From: Octopus vulgaris
Lineage: Eukaryota
DNA: 64,000 nucleotides
Assembly: GCA_951406725.2 (NCBI GenBank)
Contig: OX597834.1
Coordinates: 24,924,001 to 24,988,000 of the forward strand
Direction of reading: 5' to 3'
The translations under genes were made by a program, and so were the position numbers. The number at the start of each line of letters is the position of its first letter. The first letter of the stretch is position 1. This document shows, in pieces, positions 13,131-25,608 of this stretch. The notes beneath the pieces were generated by a model. It made no database searches. It saw nothing but the letters and a program-made list of their open reading frames with translations, and was not told where the DNA came from.

Positions 13131-13138
13131 GCCCTTTT

Positions 13139-13318
13139 AGCTGGCAGAATCGTTAGCACACCGGGCGAAATGCTTAGCATTCTGAGTTCAAATTCCGGCG
13201 AGGTCGACTTTGCCTTTCATCCTTTCGGGATCGATTAAATAAGTGTAGTGGGTCGATGTAATCGACTTAATCCTTTTGTCTATCCTTGTTTGTCCGCTCT
13301 ATGTAAAGCCCCCGTGGG

Positions 13319-13322
<4 letters not shown>
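13139..13322 (+). mobile_element. SINE family C
   Basis: agctggcagaatcgttagca...gagttcaaattcc...gaggtcgactttgcctttcatcctttcggg. Confidence 0.9.
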
Positions 13323-13359
<37 letters not shown>

Positions 13360-13479
13360 ATGTATATGAAATATGTATGTATATAAATATATATAGCATG
13401 TGTGTATACCTACCACTCACTCTACTAACCTGTGCGTCCACTGCTATCATTCTCTGTCAGACTTAATTATTTCACCAGA

Positions 13480-13860
13480 ACTAATTATTTCCTAGAGATG
13501 TTGTGGCTGTCATTAATTACTCCTGACAACTGTTTTATGTGGTTCGGTCTGAAGGAAGGAAGAAGTTCTGGTGTTGGCAGATATTCCCCGCGTACCGTTC
13601 CACCCACCTCCGTAGACCAATGAACGCAGCACAATTAATATTCCTCATTAGGAATTGCTGGAGATTGATATGCATGGAGACAAGTGAAAGAAGCGGACTT
13701 CCTACATGTGCTAGAAATAGCAACCAAATGTCACCTAACTCTCAGCCTATCATTTCTTTAATAAAGAAGAAAAACATTGGATAATGTAGTCCTAAATCCA
13801 TAGTGTATGTATCAACGACGGGATGGTCACAGCTGGAATGTCTTTCGATCAGGGTAGACA
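13480..13860 (+). repeat. Unclassified interspersed repeat
   Basis: The motif ctagaaatagcaaccaaat recurs at ~34809-34830 and three times in 53055-53265. Confidence 0.6.
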
Positions 13861-14129
13861 TTAAGTATAAAAAACAATGATGACATGGACGGGTTGATAA
13901 TTCCAATGGTTAAGGTCCTGGTGAAAAGGGTCGCAGGTAAATTCTTAGTAAAGTACCTGATGGGGGTAGGGTAAAATGAGGGGAGACTCGCTATTATTCA
14001 GCTGTGAAGAACAATATGTTGTACAAGATGTAACGTCAGCCAACATTAATTAGCAATTATACATGTCATTACTGATACTGGTTATTATTATCATTTGTTA
14101 TTACTGAGGTTGATCATTACTGATATTGT

Positions 14130-14460
14130 TTCCAGTCGTGTTTGTTTGACTTTGGACAAGATATCTCAAGAACCGCTGGATGGATTCGGATGAAACTTTC
14201 AGATATGTTTGGCCTCGTGACTGGCACGAACTGATTAGATTTTGGGATCGATCCAGTACTGGACAAGGATTCTGGATTATTTTTCTTTCTTTTTTTTTTA
14301 CTTAATTTTTGATAGCGGCCGGGTTCATTTTTAGTATTCTCGTCTGTGAGAGCAGGCGAGTTTATTTCAGACATTCTCATTTTAAAAATCATCTCTGGCT
14401 AATCGTTGAGAGAACGTTCGTGTTGCCTTGGCGGAGGTTTGCTCTCTCTGAGTGCTCTTT
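14130..14460 (+). mobile_element. Helentron-like (HINE/DINE-1-type) non-autonomous element, 5' end decayed
   Basis: gtttgtttg tract, ggatggattcggatgaaacttt core, 3' sub-terminal ccttggcggaggt followed by stem-loop gctctctctgagtgc and T-run; recognised from memory of this family's layout. Confidence 0.6.
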
Positions 14461-14934
14461 GCTTTTGCTGATATTGTGATTCCTGACATTATTTGTATCC
14501 CCCATTTATCATTACTAATATTGTTTATTACTCATATGGACATTAGAGATATTAGTTGTTACTTTCATTATTTATTAATCTCATTATAAACACCATGCCG
14601 ATGTAAGGAATACTAATGCGACAAAGCTAGCGGCGAAAGACTCAAGACTCGAACCCCTTCTCTACATCTTGCCTGGCCACCACGTTAACAGTTACACTGT
14701 AGAACACCTCCCTTTGATTCCCCTCACATTAGCGATACCAGGTGTTCTATAGTGTTGTAGGTAAATGGGTAAGTGGTGGATACGTGACTCGAGGGATACC
14801 CTGACTTTTAGTCGTCACCGGATTTTTCGTGGGCAAATTCGTTTACTGTAAAATCAAATCTAATCGTTTCAAAACTATGCTTATTCCCATTAACTTTACT
14901 TTCATTCAAATAATAAATTGTTATTATACAACTG

Positions 14935-15376
14935 GGATCTTTTCGGTTTGAACGACAGTTTTTTCTAGCGGTGTCATATGAAATTGTCACCCATAATTAT
15001 GACCCTAGTATCGATCTATTGCATTTCAATCTTTTTTAGGGTTAGGATTAGTTAGGGTTAGTTAGGGTTAGGGGTGGACGGAAGGGTATCTTTTTTTTTC
15101 TTCAGAAATGTAAATAAACCCAATCTGTTTCTTAAACGAGGGACTTAATTCATACGGCACAGAATGTTTTCACCTCAATAGACGTCAATGATTGGTTGAA
15201 ATTGCAGAAATTGAAGAGAAAAACAACAACAAATATTTTACAAACTATAGAATTTTCTCAATAAAGCCAAGAGAAAAAGATGTTTTATAAACACATTCTA
15301 CCAGCATACGAAGTTTAAAAGTGTTTAGTTGCGTGGAAATTATTTTAAAAAACTGGCGTTCAAACCGAAAAGATCA
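14935..15376. mobile_element. Non-autonomous TIR element (Merlin-like) with internal TTAGGG-type repeats
   Basis: TIRs ggatcttttcggtttgaacgacagtttt / aaaactggcgttcaaaccgaaaagatca; perfect 8-bp TSD tacaactg at 14927-14934 and 15377-15384. Confidence 0.88.
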
Positions 15377-16326
15377 TACAACTGTTGACGAAACACTCAG
15401 TCATACATTGCAAGACACGTGATTCAGTGAAGCTTATTTTTGTTGTTGTTGTTGTTGATGATGATGATGATATTGTTATTGTTCTATCTCAGATTACTAT
15501 TTAGAATATCTAATATAATTGGCATTAGATTATTAGTAGTTAACAGCAATGTTTTGGCATTTCGTTATGAATAATTCCGGGATATCTTCATAGGATATTT
15601 GTTTAACATTGTAAGATAGAATTGCTTTAAAACTTACTGATTGTTATTCTTTCTCAGCAGGTCTTTCAGCTAAATCTACAAAATATATTTTCTCAACGTC
15701 ATACACAATATTTTTTTTCAATATTTATATATATATTTTTTGTATATCTTTTTACGTTTTTCCTTCTATCAACGCAGCAATTTCATTCCATAAAACTATG
15801 TAATTTTTTCCCCCCCCTGGCATCATATTAGTTCTGTCAATCCTCATTAAATAATCTTCGAATTTAAAAGTAACTCCTCCAGCAGATTTCTCTGGAGATT
15901 ATGTAAAACATGAATGTACTCTACAACATTTTAATCTACTTCGAGGTAACATGAGAAAAATTTAATTATTTATTTTTCTTTGTGTAATTTTTATCACCTG
16001 TAGTGGGTTTTCAGTTTTCTTTATCTTTGTAAAAAATTTTCTCTCCAAATGATTTTTTTTTTTTTTTTTAGAAACTTTTTTTTTTTTTTTCAGAAGAATG
16101 TTTTCTCGCAAAAATGTTTTTGGCTTTTCTTCCGAAACGAATTTTTTTCCTCCTGAAACCTGATGCAACTATTTCTATGATAAGTATAACAGTAAACCAT
16201 GACAGGAAAAAGCTTAAAAGTGCATCATTTCTGAAAAAGAAAGAAAAAACTTCAGAAGAGACGATAATAATTATATTTTTGTATAAAACTGAAATTGACA
16301 GAAACGAGCTTTAAATAAATTAAACA

Positions 16327-16555
16327 TAGGCGCTAAAAATTCCTATGTGGTAAGTACTTGCTTACCAACCACATGCTTCCGGGTTCAGTTCCACTGCGTG
16401 GTACCTTGGGCAAGTATCTTCTGCTATGGCTTCGGGCCGACTAAAGACATAATGAAGTTGATATAATCACCCACCACATATACATGTACAAACAAATTTT
16501 AAAGGTGGTGCTCCAGCATGGCTGTTGTGCACTGACTTAAAGCAAATTAAAGAAT
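16327..16555 (+). mobile_element. SINE family B, deleted/diverged
   Basis: gcttaccaaccacatgcttccgggttcagttccactgcgtggtaccttgggcaag...aaggtggtgctccagcatggc. Confidence 0.85.
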
Positions 16556-16754
16556 CAACCTTTTTGGTTCAATTACACAGCGATGTACATAGTAGTCCTC
16601 CGGGCGAGAGAAAGTTCGATTCTTTCAGAGTGACGTTGTGTCAGTCGTCGACGTGCATTCCTTTTGTTGTTGTTGTTGTTTAACCCCGCGCCATCTCTGA
16701 CGTAGAAAATCAGTCATCAAAACCTTCTAACCATAATCTTAAAAAAATTTTTTT

Positions 16755-16979
16755 TTATTGCCCACAAGGGGCTGAACATAGAGGGGACAAACAAGGACAG
16801 ATAAACAGATTAAGTCGATTACATCGACTCCAGTGCGTAACTGGTACTTAATTTATCGACCCCGAAAGGATGAAAGGCAAAGTCGACCTCGGCGGAATTT
16901 GAACTCAGAACGCAGCAGCGGACGAAATAACACAAACCATTTCGCCCGGCTTGCTAACGTTTCTGCCAGCTCGCCCGCC
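16755..16979 (-). mobile_element. SINE family C monomer
   Basis: Full head ...ttctgccagctcgcccgcc and tail cccacaaggggctgaacatagaggggacaaac. Confidence 0.92.
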
Positions 16980-17683
16980 ACTTACTTTCCGCCTTGTACC
17001 CAGAATTATATTATTATTTTTCTACCATTCCTTGCGTTTTTTTTTTTGTATTTGTTTTATCTTATTTTAGGATAAGTGGTTTGAGGGTAATTCGACTGCT
17101 ATTTTTAGTAGAGTGAATGACTAAGCTCCCTCGATTGCTCGTTGTTGATGATTAAATTTCTCCTTGGTGAGAGGAGGCAGAAGAACGGAACCGCCATTTG
17201 GCATTTTCCTGGTCTAATACGCTCGACCTTCAGAGTGAAATGGGTTGATGTAAACCTGTGTAGAATGTCCATCGAATGCTGGACTCTGCCACCCCTTATA
17301 GATAGTGGTATCTCCTCCTACTCTGTTCTCATCTCCCCACACGCACAGACAGACAGACTCACCCACAAACACACAGCAAGGGTTCCTAGACGCTGTTCTA
17401 CGTCTACTAGTGAAACCGTAAAAGAAACTTTCAAAATTTTAAACTCTACATCGGCGGGATTTGAACTCATGATATTAGGCATCTGATTAAATACCGCGAA
17501 GATGTTTCTGACGACATTCTACCAATTCCATCATTCTAATGAAATCGTACTGAAGATATTAATATTTGGCGCAAATGCAAGGTAACCTATATTTGAAGGA
17601 GGAAAACACACTTCACTTCTGTTTTTATAGTTTTACAATCACGCATACCATATGATTGGCAGTTTTATTAACAGTGACTACAC

Positions 17684-17716
<33 letters not shown>

Positions 17717-18040
17717 ATATGTCTATCTATCTATTTATCTAATATGTCTATCTATCTATCTACCTATCTATTTATCTATCTATCTATCTATCTACCTATC
17801 TATCTATTTATCTAATATGTCTATCTATCTATCTGCCTATCTATTTATCTAATCTGTCTATCTATCTATCTACCTACCTATCTATCTATTTATCTAATCT
17901 GTCTATCTATCTACCTACCTATCTATCTATTTATCTAATCTGTCTATCTATCTACCTACCTATCTATCTATTTATCTAATGTCTATCTATCTATGTTATC
18001 TACCTAAATAAATAGATTAGCAGATATCTATCTATCTATA
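17684..18040. repeat. (ATCT)n tract with a higher-order ~35-45-bp unit marked by atttatctaat
   Basis: The variant tatttatctaat(a/c)tgtc recurs about 6 times. Confidence 0.92.
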
Positions 18041-18135
18041 GTACATAAATATAATTGATCCATATATATAAATATTTAAACAAATGTTCATCATATGAGC
18101 ATAGACAGAAACAACTAGATACAGAGGTGTGTGTA

Positions 18136-18171
<36 letters not shown>

Positions 18172-18256
18172 TGTATGTATGTATGTATGTATGTATGTAT
18201 ATCTAGTTGAAATTTTCAGAAAAATAAAAGACGAAGACAGGTGTATAAACAACAAG

Positions 18257-18288
<32 letters not shown>

Positions 18289-18764
18289 TGTGTGTGTGTG
18301 AGAGAGAGAGGTGGGGGGAGAGATTAATTATCCATTACTAATAAATCTGCCAATCAGTCTAGTAGTTTGAGTTTCTGAAACCGTAAAGCAAAAGCGAAGG
18401 ATGTCCTCCATTAGCGTCAGGTAAATAATTTATGAGACCAGACCAGTCAAATCACTCTTCTGCCTTTTTCCTCAAGGAAAGCCACGTGACAAAGTAGGTC
18501 AAACTAGAAACAATTCTATCAAAAGACAGTCTCTGTCAGACAACCCTGCCTAACATCTTCCTCACAACTTTCCTTTCTTAATTTTCGTTCTCTTTCACAT
18601 TTTTCATGTCCTTCTTTCCTTCTTTCCTTCATTCCTTCCTTCCCCCTTTTCTTTCTTTCATCCTATCTCTCCTTTTTCTTTCTTCTTTCGTTTCTATTTC
18701 TTATTTCTTTTGTGATTATCTTCCTTTCCTTTTTTTCCCCCCTGTTCTCCTTAATATATTTTTC

Positions 18765-19230
18765 GCTTTGCAACCAAGTTGTCCTAGTTCAATCCCACTG
18801 CGCGGTACCTTGGGCAAGTGTCTTCTATTATATAGCTCCGGACCAAAGTCTTGTGAGGAGATTTATTAGACGGATACTGAGTGAAAGCCCATCCATCCAG
18901 CCAGCCAGCCAGCCATCTATACATACATATACACACACATGCCCCCCCCCACACACACACATAAATATATTTATAATACATGTATGAATGTATCTATATA
19001 TATATTATGTGTGTGTTTGTGTTTGTCCCACCACCACCGCGTTTCCATCGGTGTTAGTTTGTTCACGTCCTCGTAACTTACGGTTCAGACCAAGCGATGA
19101 TAGAATAAGAGCCCAACTTAAAACAAGTACTGGGATCGATTTACTCGACCAAGATCCTTCGAGGCGGTACTCCCCCAGCATGGCCGCAGTCCAATATCTT
19201 AAAGAAGTATATGATAACAGATAAAAGATT
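18765..19230 (+). mobile_element. SINE family B, diverged
   Basis: cccactgcgcggtaccttgggcaagtgtcttct...cagcatggccgcagtcc. Confidence 0.85.
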
Positions 19231-19244
19231 AGTTCTTGTCTTAA

Positions 19245-19464
19245 CCCTTTAGCATTCAGATTAATCTGTCAGATGTAAAGCCTGTTTAATCACGTTGTTT
19301 TAAATTAATTGTACAGCATCTTGTAACTCTGAGATTTTGATGATGTCCCTGTTTATTTTTAGAATGACTTTGTAGGGTAGGTGTAAGAGGTCAGAGCTGG
19401 CTGGTTTGAGCATAAAACAGGAAGAAAATTTTGGCCTGATATGGCCGGTTTAAACACTAAAGGG
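19245..19464. mobile_element. piggyBac-like MITE
   Basis: TTAA-ccctttagcatt ... aacactaaaggg-TTAA. Confidence 0.82.
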
Positions 19465-19761
19465 TTAAGACTAAAGGCGGTAAGACTGACAGAGTCGTTA
19501 GAGCGCCAGACAAAAATATTTTGTGGTATAAGTTCAAACCTGGCAGTAGTCTGCTTTCATTTTACTTCATTCCACCTCCTCCCATACTTTCTCCCTCTCC
19601 TGAGTGTTCCATAAACTTTCCGTCTCACCCCCTCTTCCTTGTCGTAGGCGCACCTCAAGAGTATCGATGGTAGTTTTGGGGGAGTACTCTTCATTCATCT
19701 TCATCGATATGAAACTCCTTACAACCCTACTATTGTAGATAGGCATTATATACTCTCTCTT

Positions 19762-20172
19762 TTTCTCTTTTACTTGTTTCAGTCATTTGACTGCGGCCAT
19801 GCTGGAGCACCGCCTTTTAGTCGAGCAAATCGACCCCGGGACTTATTCTTTGTAAGCCCAGTACTTATTCTATCGGTCTCTTTTGCCGAACCGCTAAGTG
19901 ACGGGGACGTAAACACACCAGCATCGGTTGTCAAGCAATGCTAGTGGGACAAACACAGACACACAAACATATACACACACGCTTATATACATATATATAT
20001 ACATATATACGACAGGCTTCTTTCAGTTTCCGTCGACCAAATCCACTCACAAGGCATTGGTCGGCCCGGGGCTATAGCAGAAGACACTTGCCCAAGATGC
20101 CACGCAGTGGGACTGAACCCGGAACCATGTGGCTGGTTAGCAAGCTACTTACCACACAGCCACTCCTGCGCC
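19762..20172 (-). mobile_element. SINE family B, full length
   Basis: Nearly identical to 36148-36551. Confidence 0.95.
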
Positions 20173-20487
20173 ATATATATAGACCTATTTTTGTTTCTTC
20201 TTCGATTTTGTTTCAGTCCTTGGAAGGCGGCGATACTGGAGTTTTACCTGGAAGGGTTTTAGTTTATTATATATCTACCCAAGTAAATATCGGTAAGCCT
20301 CATACTTGACAATTCTGTTAATCGAACCGCTAAGTTGCTGGACATGAAGACCGACCACTAATTTCAATGAAGGCAGGCATGAATGTCAAAGACGTAAACA
20401 TACACACGCGCACCACACACCACACAGAAACACAGACACACAAACACACACACACGTATATACATACATACAGACAGACAGACAGAC

Positions 20488-20525
<38 letters not shown>

Positions 20526-20810
20526 AAACAACTCATAAACAAGGGCAAAGGAAAAGAGTTCTAATGCCAAATATGCTGAAAACAGACACATTGTCAATTT
20601 CTTTTAGTAATTTCTGTCGGCTTTCTACGAGACGCGTGCTTATAGTGATGAGTTATATGGTTATTGACGATGTGTCTGTTTTCGGCATATTTGGCATTAG
20701 AAATTTTTTTTCTTTTGCCCTTGTTTATAAGTTGTTTATAAATTTAACCTTTAAAGGTATTTTTTAATATGCTGGCCATTGATAGAATTTTTTCGAAAAA
20801 TTTTATCTTA
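20526..20810 (+). mobile_element. Fold-back PLE-type insertion: ~72-bp inverted arm, longer sense arm, tail
   Basis: Arms 20526-20597 and 20663-20738; the spacer plus right arm is the reverse complement of 12816-12955, whose continuation holds a hammerhead. Confidence 0.8.
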
Positions 20811-21666
20811 TATTAGACGTAAATTTTATATATATACATACACATGGACTATCAGTTTCACTCACATGAGATTGGTCACTCCCAAGATAACTACTCAGGT
20901 ACCACACAATGAGGCCGAACCCCAAATCACGTTGTAGCCAAGCAAACTTCTTAAACCCACAGCTATGTTTATGCTTACACACACACACACACACACACAC
21001 AGATGAAGATATAGAAGTAGTTTTCCTTTGAAAGAAAATATTCTCTTCTTTCACACTTCTTCTTTCTGTCGTTTCTTAACATTTTACTTCTTTAAACTTC
21101 TTTAAGCTCTAAATTTGAAACAGATTTGTATAAAATAAAATAAAATAAAATAAAATAAAATAAATAGTTCTTAGAATAATATAACTTTTAATTCTTGGCC
21201 GCGATTCTTGGTGCAACAGGAAATCTGGCTTCCTAATGTACCAAGAAAGCAAAACAACAGGTCACCTGACTCATCCCTCCCCCTCTCTCTCTCTCTCTCT
21301 CTCTCTCTCAGAAGGGTCTCTTTTATAAAGGCCGTTTGCTGCACTCTTTTCAGAAAATCAATGATACTGCATTGTAAGAAGGTTGTAATTGCACTTGGCT
21401 GGATGTGCAGTGGCAATAGTGCAGGATATTATTGTAACGATATGGATATTCATGAGGGCATGCAGGGTCATATATATATATATGTGTGTGTGTGTGTGTA
21501 TATTGTGTGTGTGTGTGTGTGTGTGTGTATTTCATTGGCTTTCAGTATGTTTGTACGTATGTATAATCGTAAGAGGATATATTTAATTACACTTGTACAC
21601 ACGCCCCACACACCCACATGTATATTGTATGTATACATATGTATGCATGTTAGTATGTATGTTCCC

Positions 21667-21734
<68 letters not shown>

Positions 21735-21739
<5 letters not shown>

Positions 21740-21848
21740 CGTGACCGACCAGGCTTATCAGATGTTGCTACACATCGCTGGTCACAATGCGCTTCGCATT
21801 GTTTTAGCCTTCAAATGACGCCACCCCGCTGGCTAAGCGAGCAGGCCA
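21735..21848 (-). mobile_element. Solo 3' tail of SINE subfamily A2, inside (TA)n
   Basis: Matches 53688-53795. Confidence 0.85.
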
Positions 21849-22492
21849 TATATATATATATAGATAATATATAAATATATGCATATATGCATACATATAT
21901 GTACATATCCACATATATATGTATATATACATGCATATATGGGTACAGGGCATCAAAAAAACGTAGAGGGTGAGGCAAATGCCACGCATTTGACAAATCA
22001 TTCATATTAGGCCATTATTATTATTCATTTTGTTCAACAGGAACGAGTACGTGAGTATTCATCATTATTTTATTTACTTTATTAAATTTTAGAAAGATTG
22101 AAGCAATTTACGATCTTTTCAATATCCGTAAACAAACCCTATTTTATTCCATGCAACATATAAAGTTATGCTAAATGTATAATGTATGTAAACATATGAA
22201 ATAAAATAAAATTATTGTTGTTCATTCACATCTTAGCTTTTCATCCTTTCGGAGTTGATGCAATCGACTACCCATTTCCCCTCAAGTTTCAGGCCTTGTG
22301 CCTATAGTGGAAGTGGTATTATACACACACACACACTGTGAAGCAAATATCATGCATATTTCATTATGTCTTAGATTGCGAAGTAATCAATTACAATTTT
22401 ACCGATGTTTCTTCTGAATACTAAGCTACACAGGTTCCTACATAAAGCGCTGATTATAATTATTCCTTCAATGTATATATATATATATATAT

Positions 22493-22738
22493 TTGTGAAG
22501 GAAATCTAATTCTCGGCGACAACTATGATTGTCACACGCTGACGAGAGGTCAATACCTCGAAACTCGAGTCCGTGTGTATCATAAGTTGAAGACGGGAAG
22601 GATGACATCCCTTTGCAAATACTGACAGGACACAGATAGTGTGTCTATGGCCAGCTGGAGGAGTGTGTCCTCCTGGGGCTAAAAACTACAGTAGCATCCA
22701 CCCTTAGGGGTTAGCCATATTGAAATGGCAAAAATACG

Positions 22739-22742
<4 letters not shown>
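22493..22742 (+). mobile_element. 250-bp hammerhead-bearing PLE/retrozyme-like unit inserted in (TA)n
   Basis: Flanked by (TA)n on both sides; its 3' ~135 bp is the reverse complement of 25612-25746 and related to 52400-52515. Confidence 0.85.
22520..22589 (+). ncRNA. Minimal type-I hammerhead ribozyme with intact core
   Basis: CACACG-CTGACGA-GAGGT-caat-ACCTC-GAAA-CTCGAG-TC-CGTGTG (22533-22577); predicted cleavage after C22571; stem I extends through caact/atgat pairing with atcat/agttg. Confidence 0.9.
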
Positions 22743-22783
<41 letters not shown>

Positions 22784-22807
22784 CCGCCTTAGTAATATCA
22801 ATGTATT

Positions 22808-23594
22808 TATTTATTTATTGCCTACAGAGGGCTAAACATAGAGGGGACAAACAAGGACAGACAAGGGGATTAAGTCGATTATATCGACCCCAGTGACTTA
22901 CTGGTACTTATTTAATCGACCCCGAAAGGATGAAAGGCAAATTTGCCCTCGGCGGAATTTGAACTCAGAACGTAACGGCAGACGAAATACCTATTTCTTT
23001 ATTACCCACAAGGGGCTAAACACAGAGGGGACAAACAAGGACAGACATAGGTATTAAGTCGATTACATCGACCCCTGTGCGTAATTGGTACTTAATTTAT
23101 CGACCCCGAAAGGATGAAAGGCAAAGTCGACCTCGGCGGAATTTGAACTCAGAACGTAACGGCAGACGAAATACCTATTTCTTTACTACCCACAAGGGGC
23201 TAAACACAGAGGGGACAAACAAGGACAGACATAGGTATTAAGTCGATTATATCGACCCCAGTGACTTACTGGTACTTATTTAATCGACCCCGAAAGGATG
23301 AAAGGCAAATTTGCCCTCGGCGGAATTTGAACTCAGAACGTAACGGCAGACGAAATACCTATTTCTGTACTACCCACAAGGGGCTAAATACAGAGGGGAT
23401 AACCAAACAAGGACAGACATAGGTATTAAGTCGATTATAACGACCCTAGTGCGTAACTGGTACTTAATTTATCGACCCCGAAAGGATGAAAGGCAAAGTC
23501 GACCTCGGCGGAATTTGAACTCAGAACGTAAAGGCAGACGAAATACCGCTAAGCATTTTGCCCGGCGTGCTAACGTTTCTGCCAGCTCGCCGCC
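22808..23594 (-). mobile_element. SINE family C tetramer (one head plus four ~184-bp units) with flanking duplication
   Basis: gacgaaatacc at 22981, 23165, 23349, 23537; flanks ccgccttag(t/c)aatatcaatgtatt at 22784-22807 and 23590-23613. Confidence 0.95.
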
Positions 23595-24224
23595 TTAGCA
23601 ATATCAATGTATTGCCATCCAGAAAGTTGCTTCTCTATGTATGCACGTACGCATGTGTGTAGGCACTTATCTGTGAGCGCGTGTGAGTGTTAAGTGAAGC
23701 TATTTAGTCGAACACCGCAAACGAAAAATTTGGTTTTTCCCTTCCCAACCACTACTACAAAAATAATCAAAACCAAACACAAACATAAAATTCAGATGTT
23801 AATATCATAACAGTTTTCTGACGAGCGTTAAGGAGGAGGAACCGGTTTCGATACCATGAAAATCTTCGGTTGTTAAACACACGTGAGAATATTTGCTCTT
23901 CACTTTACCCACATCAAAAATAATAAGATGCTCCTCCTAAAATAAGGGGGTTGGTGTTTTATGTTATCGTAGCTGGTGAAATCATTAAATATTTCCGCAT
24001 TTCTTCTTCTGTTTGCTGATTAAGGGTCTTGGCTGCCTTTCAAAATTGCCTGGCCTCCCAGTAATAGGGAGGAGTCACATGTTCGAAAACTGTTTACAAT
24101 CAATATATTATAACCGGGTTCTTGTCAGACTTTCGGTTTGATTTATTTATTCATTTATTTTGTTTTTTGTTTTTTTTGTCGCGCTCTTTTTCGCTCGACT
24201 GTCTTTCGTCTTTTCTGTCTTTTC

Positions 24225-24595
24225 CCCTCCTCCTCCTCCTCTTCTTTCTCCTCCTCTTCTTTCTCCTCCTCTTCTTTCTCCTCCTCTTCCTCCTCCACCA
24301 CGACCGCCACCCCTCCTCCTCCTCCTCCTCTTCATCACCATCGACTTCTTTTTCTTCTTGTTCTTGTTCACCACTACCACCACCACCACCACTACTACCT
24401 TCACCACCACCACCACCACTACCATCACTACTACCACCACCACCATCACCACACTCACAACAACCACCACCACCACCACCACCCCCAGCTCTAGCATCAG
24501 CACCACCACCATCACCACCACCATCATCACACTCACCACCACCACCACCACCACCTATACCACCGCCACCACCACCATCATCATTATCGTCATCA
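24225..24595. repeat. (CCT/CTT)n then (ACC)n low-complexity tract
   Basis: Direct reading; source of the poly-P/H/T ORFs. Confidence 0.95.
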
Positions 24596-25608
24596 TTAGC
24601 GTGTCAGACAATATGCTTAGCGGTGTTCCTTCCGGCTCTATACGTACCAGAGTTCAAATCTCGCCGAAGTTAACTTCGCTTTTCGATCTTTCAAGGTCGA
24701 TAAAAATAAATTACCGGTCGAGTACTGGGTTTCGTAAACGCTAACTGACCCCTTCCTCCTAAATTTGATGGCTTTGTGCCAAAATTTGAAACTTTTACTA
24801 CAATTACTGTTGTTATTGTTGCCGCTGTTGTTGTTGCTGTTGTTGTTGTTGTCTGTAGTGAACGGTCTTGATTAGCAGAGCTCCCACCTGGAAGGTGTAT
24901 TCTGGAATTATCTCATGAGGAAATGGGATTTGATTTTGTTCCCTTTTCGAAAAGTGGCCTACGAATATAAGAACGTGTGCTTTCACTTTCTGAGGTTACT
25001 GGAATTGTATTTCCTTTGGTAATTATAGAACTGTTTACGCATTTTTGAGAAGTCGCCATTTGTAATATTCTATGCTTTGCAAAATGACTGCAACGAAATC
25101 GAGAGAAATAGATGTCCACTACAATGGCGGACGCTGCCGTATGAGGCGTTGCCACTATTAAAGTATGAAGCATGGGTACATCTTAACTTGAATGAAATGT
25201 GGATGCAGATGAACAAACAGGATGCAAACGAAATGAAAGCCACATTGCTAGATGTATAAGCAGCACGAACATATGTCAGAGAGAGGTTTAAATTAAATTT
25301 GCTGTAAAAACGACGGCAATAATAAATGCTTAGATTTATAATTCTCCTAATTTATTTGAATTATCTCTTAACTTTTATTTTTTACTTGTTTAAGTCATTG
25401 GGCTGGAACCATACTGGAGCACTGCCCTGAAAATTTTTTAGTCGAATGAATTGCCCACAGCAATTCTTCCTTCTTTTAAAATCTCCGGTAGGAATTTCAT
25501 CAGTCTGCTTTGGTGAACTGTTAAGTTTCAGGGATATGGACATACCATCTCCTGTTGTGAAGCGATGGTAGTGGACAAACACAGGTTCAAAGACTCACAC
25601 ATATATAT

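Noticed and set aside
15036-15075. True telomere or chromosome-fusion scar
   Set aside because: Short, degenerate and enclosed in a TIR element with a TSD.
22808-23594. CRISPR-like appearance of the regular arrays (also 60990-61783, 55462-55720)
   Set aside because: Whole units repeat with no unique spacers; eukaryotic context and no cas genes.
23818-23852. CTGACGA hammerhead core candidate
   Set aside because: No stem II, no correctly placed GAAA and no stem I partner.
24860-25260. Unique-looking segment with 60-86-aa ORFs
   Set aside because: No recognisable motif or convincing splice sites.
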